A stretch of DNA of 63,797 bases, filler included, from Octopus bimaculoides (GCF_001194135.2; 5 parts of 4 records of this genome joined end to end with filler, not necessarily neighbours in it), one strand, 5' to 3'; shown: positions 52,918-63,797, counted from the first letter of the whole stretch. Notes: a model not told the origin generated them from the sequence alone. A program made the numbers and translations.

Positions 52918-53588
52918 CAGGGTGTGTCAGCTATCTGAGAACAAAATTTTGATTCAAGCAAAGCAAATTTATTTATCAAAGAAACCAATATATTTTCATA
53001 AAAATTGGTACACATGTTCTTACAAACACACAACAAAAGGCTATTCAATTAAACTACCATCAGCTACGATCACTTCTTCGAGACGACTTCTAAAACGGCT
53101 AAAAGCATTGATCAGATTATCTATATTGATGTTGGCCATTTTGTCTCCAATAGCAGACATCGACGAATCCTCGTTGGTCTCCCTCTGAACGACAGCCCGG
53201 ACGTAGTAGTCCGGCGGGGTTTTAAATGAGGACAGGGTGGTGACCAAATGTTAAGGATAACACGATCACTTCTGGGTCATACAGGCTGTGTGAGAGGGAG
53301 CAGAGTCATGCTGGAACACGTACGACCTCCACCGAGTAACTCCCTCGTTCCAGGGTTCGATAACCGTCTCCACTGTCTCAATGTAGGCTGCAATATTAAC
53401 CCCAAGACCTTGCGGGGGAAATGTGAGAAGGCATGCTATGGGCATCATTGCTCACGACCACCAAGACCATCACAGACGATGGGAACTTGGTGTGCATGAC
53501 TGTAGGGAGTTCAGTGGCACTGGCGCAGGGCCGTCTGTTATTCCGCCGATTCACTTTTTGACTTTGGATAAAGTTCTCTTCTGAGAAC

Positions 53589-53590
<2 letters not shown>
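52918..53590 (-). mobile_element. Tc1/mariner-superfamily (maT-like) transposase 3' half with TIR
   Basis: FSEENF..QKVNRRN..VMHTKFPSSVMVL, YVFQHDSAPSH, decayed W.PSSPDLNPLDY, and SRFRSRLEEVIVADG; terminus TA|CAGGGTGTGTCA at 52916-52929; cut by (TATC)n at 53590. Confidence 0.85.
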
Positions 53591-53656
<66 letters not shown>

Positions 53657-54465
53657 GTCTGTCTGTATGTCTGTCTGTTTGCCCATACATACGCACAAAT
53701 ATATGCACACACACACACACATACACACACACAAACACATATATGACGCTGTTTTCTAAATCATAAATGACGTGTGCAATTTCCACCACTTATGACGTCA
53801 TAAGTACTTATTTATATCGTTGTAAACGGTTGAGACGCAGTGTAACATTCATTGCATTGAGACAACTTCCGCCATTGACTCACTTTCACAAAAACCGTAT
53901 TCCATGAGTTGTGGTGGCATTCAATCCGAGCGCTGTGAGCAAGAGAATTACTTTTGAACAATTTAATTTTTACATTAATAGTCACCTTAGTGTTGTGTTC
54001 TGAGATTTTTTTCTTGTTCTTTTTACTTTTGCTTTGTTTCTGGTCTGGTTAATAAGCCATGAAATGTCCATTCCGGTTGACTGAATATCTGGAATCATTG
54101 ATCAGTTATATCAATATACACCCAGGAATGTTGTTCTTAATTTATTTTATTTTATGTTCTTTTTTTGTGTGTGTGTGTGTAAAGCAACTAAACACACCGA
54201 CATTTTTATTAGTATCAAAACCACTAAACTACAAACACTCACCAAACAAACACATTACTAACAATAACCCTAAACACCGCATTGCTAACAATAGCTTGAA
54301 GCTAACAAGGAAATGTCTATGCGATAGTTCGATGGTTCGGCTAGACATGGCAGCTAAATCTCTCTCAAACTATTTCAAATCAAAAGAAAAACGGATTAGG
54401 TGTCATCATAGATATACATATATCTAGTTCTCAATATGCTGTTTGATATAAAATATATGGTATAT

Positions 54466-54910
54466 ATGGTCCTTCTCTCTAGGAATACAAAAACAATAAT
54501 CGTGGTCGAACTCACGGTGCTCTAGGAGGACGGGGTCGATATTTCTCCCCAGGTAAAGAAAACGAAATATCAGGACTTAATCGACGAGGCCTTTGTCAAG
54601 GGCTGGCATGCAGCCTCATTCCCCATTGAAAGTCAGCTGCCGCGAGTTTTCCATCTAGCCCAGTGCGTTATTTCTTGCAGAAGATAGGCCTGGAAACCAG
54701 CTAACTGAAGAAAACCATTAAAGAAATAGGCATGGCAGCTGAAACTAGCTCAAAATGGCTATGGTTGATAAGCGACCGCAAGTAGAAACCTTTTGTAAGT
54801 GAAAACTGGCTCAGTCCTCGCTGTCCCACTCAGGTGAAGCATACAGGCTAAGGGGCGAAACGCTTGTGACCCTGAGATACCTGCTGACGATACAGAAGGA
54901 CTTCTAGCAT
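54466..54910 (+). mobile_element. HERO-like RLE non-LTR retrotransposon, 3' end plus 3' UTR
   Basis: MVLLSRNTKTIIVVELTVL*EDG..KKTKYQDLIDEAFVKGWHAASFPIE(fs)VSCREF..KIGLE..KKTIKEIGMAAETSSKWLWL matches the ELTVPWE..K..KY.DL..GW...P.EVGCRGF..AE..S.WLW endonuclease of HERO-type elements; coding remnant ends about 54785. Confidence 0.75.
54829..54890 (+). ncRNA. Non-circularly permuted hammerhead-like RNA in HERO-like 3' UTR
   Basis: ctcagg / aagc(a)-TA / cagg / 9-nt linker / GAAA-cgctt / cctgag / cctg / CTGACGA; same order as 57273-57340 with a different sequence. Confidence 0.5.
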
Positions 54911-55649
54911 TACAATGGATTGAGAAGAGCTTGCAAAACCTCTGAGTAGCTCATGTAGATCTTGCATGAGGTAAAGCATCTCTGATGTTTATTTCACCTT
55001 GGATTCGAAAGCCAGCTAGTGGAGGTCTGCATCGCAAGTCAATCTATGAATTATATGAGTTATACAAACCAAGTTATACAGACTGATTTATTCTTCCTTG
55101 TTCTAATATTTGTAAAACAAAAATATATAAGTATACTGTAATTTACATGAAGCATTGTAATGTGTAATTGATACGAATATTTTAAAGAAGACCTTTTAAA
55201 CAATGCAGATAAGAAGTTAGACGATAGATGTCAAAGAAAAATGACAAAGACAAGACATCATGTCACCTCACATTGGTTATTTAATGCTTCGTTTGTATTT
55301 TAGAAAAGTTTCTCATTATCAAATATATGATAGAAAGTAATCAACAGATCGGAGAAAAAGTGTTATTATTGACATAAAATGGCTGGCCGATAAAACATTC
55401 TGGTCGGTCGAAAGCACCTTTTCTACGAATTCTTGAATTATTTTTTATCGGACATTTGATAAAGGGAAGCTTTCCCGAAATATAATAGAAACATTTAACA
55501 AGTAAAGTAGAATGATACAATAGCTTGTCTCTCATGCATTGACGTCACCTTACATATTCTGCATAATTCACACCTGAATTACTTGAAAGTCTACTTAAAA
55601 ATATATCATTTAAAATTTTTGCATTTGATTTTTAAAAATACATAATCTA

Positions 55650-55864
55650 GAGGGTGTCCATAAATTATCTTTACAACTACCACAGTTTATTGCATATATT
55701 ATTAAAGCTGAGATCCATCAATAAACTTTTTTTTACATGTCAAATATATATTATTAAGATTTTAATTTGTTTGCCTGTTTTCCAATAAACTCGGGTTACC
55801 CGATTTTTTCTCATTTTATCTTTTTTGAATTTTTAGATTGTAAAGGTAATTTATGGACACCCTG
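55650..55864. mobile_element. Tc1/mariner-type MITE, 215 bp
   Basis: 27-bp TIRs gagggtgtccataaattatctttacaa / ttgtaaaggtaatttatggacaccctg (2 mismatches), flanked by TA on both sides. Confidence 0.85.
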
Positions 55865-56220
55865 TATATAACCAGAGACACGAATTTGATTTACTTCAGG
55901 CACAGCTCCACGCATTCAATTTATTCATGCATAAAATTTCGTTTATATAAATAGATTCAAGAACATGAGTCAATACGCAGCGAAGTGTGAAAAAAACTGA
56001 CGGTTAAGAAAATTGCCTGAGTGGGAGTTTTTCTAGATTAACACACAAATACAAAATATTTAAAGATTGTTTTTTTTTTTTAGTGGAATATGCTCCCGTC
56101 AAAATTTACGGACATCTTTATAGAAATGGTTGTGCACCTCAACAGTTGTNNNNNNNNNNNNNNNNNNNNNNNNNNNNNNNNNNNNNNNNNNNNNNNNNNN
56201 NNNNNNNNNNNNNNNNNNNN

Positions 56221-56495
56221 ACAGACACGTGTACCCTTAACGTAGTTCTCAGGGATATTCAGCGTGACACAGTGTGACAAGGCTGACCCCTTGAATTACA
56301 GGCACAACAGAAACAGGAAGAGAGAAAGTTGTGGTGAAAGAGTACAGCAGGGTTCGCCACCATCCCCTGCCGGAGCCTCGTGGAGCTTTAGGTGTTTTCG
56401 CTCAATAAACATTCACAACGCCCGGTCTGGGAATCGAAATCGCAACCCTATGACCGCGAGTCCGCTGCCCTAACCACTGGGCCATTGCGCCTCCA
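56221..56495 (-). mobile_element. SINE family C, 5' part
   Basis: Reverse complement of 25240-25500 including the head. Confidence 0.9.
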
Positions 56496-57272
56496 CTGTA
56501 TCAATTATAAACGAGAAAATAAACATACTTTCAGACTGCCATATTTTTTAATTCAATTAATTAAGTCACTGTAATAATTCTTTGCACGTTCACATCGCTT
56601 CTCAGCAACAATATAATTACTTGGAATTGTTAATTAGTTAATTAGTACGATATTATCATGTTTGTCATGGAAAACGATGTCAAACGTATGTGTTATCTGG
56701 CAATCTCTCTTGTATGCTAAACACCCGCTGTTTGTTCGTATCTGCAAGTCATCGTTTCGATTCTCGCAGTTCACCGTGAAAATAGCGATTTGTTATCAGT
56801 TGGTGGATAGCAGCACGGATCAACGAACAGCTTTTACGCTGAAATTATAAACAAAGGTCATCGGCTCTTGTTAGATTCGTTTGTCCAGGGGTACATCCGG
56901 CTGAACAGGCACATCACGTCGAAACACCGGTGACTCAGAATCCCTTGCACTAATGAATTATGTTATGAACACGTAGTAGTCGTAAAGGAGAAAGTGTTCT
57001 CCTGTGACAGAACACACCAGCGATTAACAAATTTGCGTTGGAATCTGCCAGAACATATTAGAATAAATACGCAGCCATCATTTCACATGCTCATTTTCTA
57101 AGATAGGTAGTATTTCATATAAGGACCACAGAACTTTTGCTCGAAGCTAGTGAAATCGCTTGGTTAAGTATATATATATTGTACAATTGTTATATTTTCT
57201 AGCTTGTCTTGGCTGTTTTTGTCTCTGTATACATTTGTTAGCTATTCCCAGAGGTTTCTTGCTCTGGCGCTA

Positions 57273-57340
57273 CCAAAACGGACTGGTATCAATGTTAAAA
57301 GCGCGAAACCACTAGGATGTTTTGGACATTGACTGATGAG
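57273..57340 (+). ncRNA. Non-circularly permuted hammerhead-like RNA
   Basis: ccaaaac / tgg-TA / tcaatgt / 9-nt linker / GAAA-cca / gttttgg / acattga / CTGATGA; stems P0 (7 bp), I (7 bp) and III (4+ bp) all pair. Confidence 0.55.
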
Positions 57341-57431
57341 GAGTCAGCTGCAAAATTTCCGTGTATTATGATTTTTGTCCATTTTTCCGTTTGCTTTTGT
57401 TAATTTTCCATTGTTATGGAAATCGTTTAAA

Positions 57432-57975
57432 ACTGGCGGAATCGTTTGCACACCGAACAAAATGCTTAGAGACATTTCGTCCGTCTCTACGTTCTGAGTT
57501 CAAATTCCGCTGAGGTCGACTTTGTCTTTTATCCTTCTGGGGTCGATAAAATAAATACCAGTTGAGTACTGGGGTCAATGATAACGACTAGCCCCCTGCT
57601 CCAAAATTTCAGGCCCTGGTGCCTATGGCAGAAAGGGTTATTATGATACTATCAAAGGCGGCGAGTTGGCAGAACCGTTAGCACGCCAGTCCAAAAGCTT
57701 AGCGACATTTTCATTTCGTCCGTCTTTACGTCCTGAGTTCAAATTCCACTGAGGTCGACTTTGTTTTTATCCTTTCGACGTCGATGAAATAAGTACCAGT
57801 TGAATGCTGGGGGTTAATGTAATCGGCTTATCCTTTGCCCCCGGAATTACTGGCCTTGTGCTAAAATCTGAAATCATTATTTAGGCTTCCTTTCGAGATC
57901 GATAAAATAAGTACCAGCTGAATGCTGGGGGTGAATGTAATTGACTTACCCCACTACCCAGAAATTGCTGAACCC
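57432..57975 (+). mobile_element. Three tandem family A SINEs
   Basis: Units at about 57432-57640, 57655-57880 and 57890-57975, each with ataaaataagtaccag..ctgggg. Confidence 0.85.
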
Positions 57976-58281
57976 AATATGGAAACATCGTTACTTGCAT
58001 AAACTGCATTGGGTCGAACTGTGTCAATTAATGTAACCAGTTTCCACCCCCTTTTCAGCCTCTTCGTTCACACCACTGTCACAAGCGCCGAGATTTTGGC
58101 AGCGTTAAAAGTGCTCCTTACCCCGATAAATAACAACTTGTACATAATTGTTTATAGTATTTTACTTAGGTCTTTCCACACCCATGTAAGGAAAACAAAA
58201 TAAAGTTAAGCAAATAAACACCCTCCCTGATTTTTATCTTTTTATTATTTTTTTAATTATTATTATTATTATTGTTGTTGA

Positions 58282-58316
<35 letters not shown>

Positions 58317-58504
58317 CTGCTGACATTCCTAGACGGACGTGTGAGTGAATGAACGTCCAGAGGGTGGACGACGTACTCGAAGCGAGGAGAAGGAGACCCG
58401 CATTCCGAGAAGGAGACAAGTTTGGATTGGTGCATGGCGAGAAAAGACCTCACAACGCAGCAGTAGTTAGCTTTTGCTCTATGCGTTTTGCTGTGGTTTC
58501 ACCA

Positions 58505-59128
<624 letters not shown>

Positions 59129-59402
59129 GTGGTATACTATGTTAATAATTTTTACTCCTTTTCCATTTGTCACTAGTAAATTCTTTCAGCCCAATTCCAC
59201 TGCTGGAATTTTCAGTGATAGCAGCATTATAAAACTTTTCCAAGAGTCTGTGAAGAGGTTAATAAAACTGCAATTTAACTCCAATTCCATGTCATTAAAC
59301 CAAAGCTAAAAAATCTCCGACTGAATAACATGAGTTATTCTTAGAGAATTTTAGTTTTTATGTATGCACGTATGTATGTATGTATGTATGTATGTATGTA
59401 TC

Positions 59403-59915
59403 AGGTCGATAAATTACGTACCAACTGCGTACTGGGTCGATGTAATCGACTGGCACCCCGCTCCCCCAAAGTTTTGGGCCTTGTGCCAAGAGTAGAAAAG
59501 AATCGTTAGCACACTGGACAAAATGCTTAGCGGTATTTCGCCCGTCGCTACGTTCTGAGTTCAAATTCCACCGCGGTCAACTTTGCCTTTCGGCCTTTCA
59601 GGCTCGATAAATTAAGTACCAGTTGCGTATGGGGTCGATCTAATCGACTGGCCCCTTCCCCCAAAATTCCAGCCCTTGTACCTATAGTAGAAAAGCTTAT
59701 TATATATATATATATTTTTTTTTTTCAAAGCGGCGAGCTGGTAGAGCCGGGCAAGATGTCTCCATGTTCTGAGTTCAAATTCTGCCGAAGTTGACTTAAC
59801 CTTTTATCATTTCGGAGTCGATAAAATAAGTACTAGTTGAACGCTGGGATCTATGCAATCGATTTAGATGCCTCCAGCCCTTAAAATTGCTGGCTCTTTG
59901 CCAAAATTCGGAATC
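59403..59915 (+). mobile_element. Three tandem family A SINEs
   Basis: Units at about 59403-59502, 59503-59697 and 59728-59915. Confidence 0.85.
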
Positions 59916-60804
59916 AATATTACTTAAGTATTCAGTCACGTAGTCAAGTACATTTATTTGTTTTTGTCATTTATTTTTTTGAAGTTAATTTTCTCACTTG
60001 GCGAACAGCTGCGCTCCACAATAGCCCACCGCTCATTTATCTCTCCCGAACAACAATATCAGATGCGTCACACCACAAAGAAAGGTAATACCTTCATGAC
60101 ATTTTAGGGAAGCCACTGGTTACATATATAATGTCATCTACAGATACATGATATAATCGACATTTTCGGTCACAGCTTGTGTATTTTATGGGCTTGACTG
60201 TTTCTTTTGTTCAACAGATATTTTATAGTTATTTCCTGTTCTATTCAGCATATGACGTGATCTAACGGCCGCGAATACAACAGAAGTTATATTTCTCTCG
60301 ATATTGGCAGCATAAATACGTATTCGAGAAACATAGTGAAGTCTAACCTTTGGTTGGCATGCAGAAAATTTTTCTTCCACGTCTTTAAATCGACCCCTGC
60401 AATTCTTAGGATACAAAGAACCTCAATCTAAAATCGAGTGTTTCTTGAGAACTTCAATCTCGGCTCTTTAAGATACCGTTCTCTTCATTTACAAACGCTC
60501 GGTTGACGTATTTCTTATTGTTGCTTCTGTTTATCTCGGTTCTCAAAGTTTGCTCTATAAAACCTTTGTGTGCTGTGTGACTGTACAATATAATTGTGCA
60601 ATAGAGAGCCATCTTTTATGACTGTTTTGCCAGTTGCTACCGAATGATTGTATTATATTCCAATACGTCATGTTTTTCATTTATTGTCGTCGTATGACTT
60701 TATTGCATAACTGCTGTGTTGTGTGATTAAGGTTTATGATTATCTTTAAACATTGCCACTGTATCTCTTTACTTTGTAAAATTACTATATAGCCACGAGG
60801 CAAC

Positions 60805-61015
60805 GAGGAAACCACTATATGGCTGGTTGTTCGACCTGTTAGAAATAGCAGCCAAATGTCCTTCAAATTACAGTTTGCCGCTTTAAAATGAAAAGGTGCA
60901 ATAGGCAATGTGGAGCAAGATACAGCGTTTGAAAAAGAAAAGACACGACGGGTTGGTTATAACTGAAACACGTTTGATCAAGAATTTGTTTGATCAGGAC
61001 TAATCTGTTCTTAAG
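60805..61015 (+). mobile_element. Dispersed repeat family D (TAGAAATAGCAGCCAAAT; class unresolved)
   Basis: Homologous copies at about 1675-1715, 25873-26015, 36470-36630, 41375-41615, 42125-42270 and 54295-54395; several end in ggctaaacaacaacaac. Confidence 0.7.
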
Positions 61016-61293
61016 CTGTATGACTACGTTGCATAACAACGCTAAATACTGTACGGAATAGTTACATTACTTGTCTATCCTACACTGCGAGTCTTTGTGA
61101 CGCTATCGTATTTCTGTGATGTATTACAAGATTACGACAGTCTTATACGTTTACACGCTGTGGTTAAGTCGCGTGTCTTGGCTGTACGGACATGTTACAC
61201 TGTTACACTGTACATACAGGCTGAGCTGTATGACTGCACTGTAAGTATTACCTGTGTCGTACTCAATATTTCATGTCAATACTCAAAATATCA

Positions 61294-61361
61294 ACAAGGC
61301 AGCGAGCTGGCAGAAACGTTAGTAATCCGGGCGAAATGTTCAGCAGTATTCCGTCTGTCTT
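61294..61361 (+). mobile_element. Family A head fragment
   Basis: aaggcagcgagctggcagaaacgttag..gcgaaatg. Confidence 0.75.
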
Positions 61362-61734
61362 TCCCTTCATCAGTTGCCCACTGCTTTTCGAAATGCGGAG
61401 TAGATAAAACAGTGGACAACTGATGAAGGGATTGTTCTTTATGTTGCTTGTCTCGCTGTTCGCCAAAAAAGTTCGTTTTCCATATTTTTGTATGTCATGT
61501 TGTTCACGTTTTTTTGATGTCCTGTACCCATATATGCATATGTATATACATATATATGTAAGTATGTACATGTATGTATGTACATATGCATATATATANN
61601 NNNNNNNNNNNNNNNNNNNNNNNNNNNNNNNNNNNNNNNNNNTTAATTAATTAANNNNNNNNNNNNNNNNNNNNNNNNNNNNNNNNNNNNNNNNNNNNTA
61701 TATATATATATATATATGTCGTATATGTGTGTGT

Positions 61735-61937
61735 GTGCGTGTCTATGTTTGTCCCCCCCACCACCATCGCTTGACAACCGATGTCGGTGTGTTTACGTCC
61801 CCTAACTTAGTGGTTCGGCAGAGACCGATAGAATAAATACTAGGCTTACAAAGAATAAGTCGTGGGATCGATCTGTTCGACTAAAGGCGGTGCTCCAGCA
61901 TGACCGCAGTCCAATGACTGAAACAAATAAAAGAATA
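61735..61937 (+). mobile_element. SINE family B, 3' half
   Basis: gtttgtccccc..atcgcttgacaaccgatg..ggcggtgctccagcatg..gaaacaaataaaaga. Confidence 0.85.
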
Positions 61938-61968
61938 TTTGTTCCAAAAGAAAAAAAATTATAAGTTT

Positions 61969-61975
61969 AAAAAAA
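61969..61975 (-). terminator. Pol III terminator (T7) of tRNA-Glu
   Basis: A7 on + is T7 on -, starting 6 nt after the discriminator base. Confidence 0.8.
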
Positions 61976-61981
61976 TAAGTC

Positions 61982-62053
61982 TTCCCAAGCGGGGAATCGA
62001 ACCCCGGCCGCCGCGGTGAGAGCGCGGAATCCTAACCACTAGACCACTTGGGA
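61982..62053 (-). tRNA. tRNA-Glu(CTC), intact
   Basis: Reverse complement TCCCAAGTGGTCTAGTGGTTAGGATTCCGCGCTCTCACCGCGGCGGCCGGGGTTCGATTCCCCGCTTGGGAA (72 nt). Perfect acceptor stem TCCCAAG/CTTGGGA, anticodon stem CCGCG/CGCGG around CT-CTC-AC, T stem CGGGG/CCCCG with TTCGATT, A and B boxes present. Confidence 0.95.
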
Positions 62054-62454
62054 CAGCTGCTAAGGGGCTGCTATTTATTCCTCTAATATTCTGATGCATT
62101 GTTATATTTACCTGACTCGAGTTAATTGAAGTAAATTGTTATATTTTATGGTCGGTTGATTTTTACATTCTTGTAATGCTTCGGCCGTTATATTGCAGCC
62201 ATACAAGAGCATTGTCTTCAAGGGCTCTTGTTGATCATCACGTTGACCCCCAAATTTTAAGCAGTTGTCAGTTTTTTCCATAAATCTTTCAATATCTCAC
62301 CCTTTAAGCTATTTTTTTTATCCAAATTAAAGCGTGATCCATTTGAGTTACTTCCCTTGACTCATTACAACACATGTTGTTACCCCTCACGCTCCCATAG
62401 TACTGCAACTACTGAGTCCGTATTGTTGTTGTTGTTGTTGTTGTTGTTTGTTTG

Positions 62455-62750
62455 TTCCTTCCCGGGCCATGCTTGGCTCATAAAGGCCGGTTTCCCTGTT
62501 TCATTGGCGTATAAGTTCCCCACCTGGACGGGACGCCAGTCTGTTGCAGGTAAGCTGCTAGATGCAGGAGGAAAGAGTGAGAGAAAGCTGTGGCGAAAGA
62601 GTCAGCAGAAGTTTCGCCATTACTTTCTGCCGGACCCGCGAGGAACTTAGGTGTTTCACTCATAAACACACACATCGCCCGGTTTGAGATTCGAATCCAC
62701 CAAACCTCGACCGCGAGTCTGCTCCTCTAACCACTAGGCCATGTGTCTCC
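62455..62750 (-). mobile_element. Family C-type head with V-domain-like body and alternative tail
   Basis: - strand has the C head, then GACTGGCGTCCCGTCCAGG, and the tail ..gaaaccggcctttatgagcc.. shared with 11541-11765. Confidence 0.7.
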
Positions 62751-63030
62751 ACGTTGATGGGTACATGTAGGGAAATCCGTATTAAAAAAATATGCAGCCT
62801 CGCAATACGATCATGTAAACGCAGGCAATAGTCAGTGTATTGTGGGTAGCTAAGCATAGCGAGAAGTCGCTAAGGCAAGATTTTGCTGTACAAGCAGAAT
62901 TTTCGTGCTATCATAGATCAATCCGTGATAAACGAAACATGGTTCACAATTGAGTGTACCGTGTAATCTGGGATCTGTGATGAGTGAATCTGTGTTAAAC
63001 AAGACCACTTGCATAATACTGTTATACTGC

Positions 63031-63131
63031 GAGGCGATGAGCTGGCAGGATTGTTAGCATGCTGGGGTCGATCTAATCGACTGGCCCCCTTCCCCAAAAT
63101 TTCGTACCTTGTGCCTTGAATAGAAAAGAAT
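63031..63131 (+). mobile_element. Family A copy with internal deletion
   Basis: Head gatgagctggcagg..gttagc joined directly to the 3' ctggggtcgatctaatcgac..tail. Confidence 0.75.
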
Positions 63132-63485
63132 ATCGTCAGAATCTAACTCTTTGTTTTTAATCCAAATTAAAGCCTGTGATCCATTTTGAGTTACTTTCCT
63201 TGACTCATTACAGCGCGTGTTGTTACACCGCATACCCCCATAATGCTACTACTACTGATTCCGTGTTGATGGGTTATATAAGTCAGACTTACCTCGTACA
63301 GTGTCAGACAGGAAGCTAAGGAGACAAACAGCACATCGAAGAGTAAGAGATAGACCAATGATAAAGCCAAGCACCCCTTCACACTGCAGTCTTCTATTGC
63401 TGGACACATCGAGGTTAAGGACTATAGCAGCGGTGATGATGAGCTCTAACGCTGTGATTGTGGTTATGCAATGTAGTGTGGTTGT

Positions 63486-63683
63486 AAGGGCGACGAGCGA
63501 GCCGAAACGTTAGCACACCAGGCGAAATGCTTAGCGGTATTTCGTCTGCCGATACGTTCTGAGTTCAAATTCCACCGAGGTCGACTTTGCCTTTCATCCT
63601 TTCGGGGTCGATTAAATCCCTTTGTCTGTCCTTGTTTATCCCCTCTATGTTTAGCCCCCTGTGCGCAATAAAGAAATAAATAC
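63486..63683 (+). mobile_element. SINE family A with 11-bp TSD
   Basis: AGTGTGGTTGT at 63475-63485 and 63684-63694 flanks the copy. Confidence 0.9.
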
Positions 63684-63797
63684 AGTGTGGTTGTGTAGTG
63701 TTGTTGTAATGTGGAGGTCGACTAAATGACGAGGACAAACACCCGCTTTGAACTGCAGTCTTCCATTGATATGGATACAGTGTGATTGATGAAGGAC

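Larger units (their letters stand above)
62315..63268 (+). repeat. About 110-bp diverged direct repeat pair (62315-62425 and 63155-63268)
   Basis: tccaaattaaagc..gatccatt..gagttact..ccttgactcattaca..tgttgttac..actactga.tccgt occurs twice. Confidence 0.85.

Noticed and set aside
58332-58480. GC-rich island after a good acceptor (MNVQRVDDVLEARRRR..)
   Set aside because: All three frames stop within six codons of the acceptor; no recognisable homology.

Overview
AT-rich, repeat-dense animal genomic DNA from a fragmented draft assembly (roughly 14% N; most gaps open at microsatellites). The SINE repertoire and microsatellite load look like a coleoid cephalopod, probably Octopus (inference from recalled repeat families, not a database search). 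Almost all long ORFs in the track are artefacts of microsatellites and N runs. Supported content: one intact tRNA-Glu(CTC) gene; dozens of tRNA-derived SINE copies in about four families; decayed autonomous elements (R4/Dong-like and HERO-like RLE LINEs, RTE LINEs, a Gypsy integrase, a Penelope-like GIY-YIG C-terminus, two Tc1/mariner transposases); a Tc1/mariner MITE; and a hAT element with an 8-bp TSD. Six short + strand exon candidates splice into an unidentified 122-aa open frame. The most notable signal is catalytic-RNA-like. There is one near-canonical minimal hammerhead, several decayed ones, and two unrelated sequences (54829-54890, in the 3' UTR of the HERO-like LINE, and 57273-57340) that carry the hammerhead core motifs in the same non-circularly permuted order, with covarying stems and an extra helix. 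Stem II is not evident in those two, so activity is unproven.
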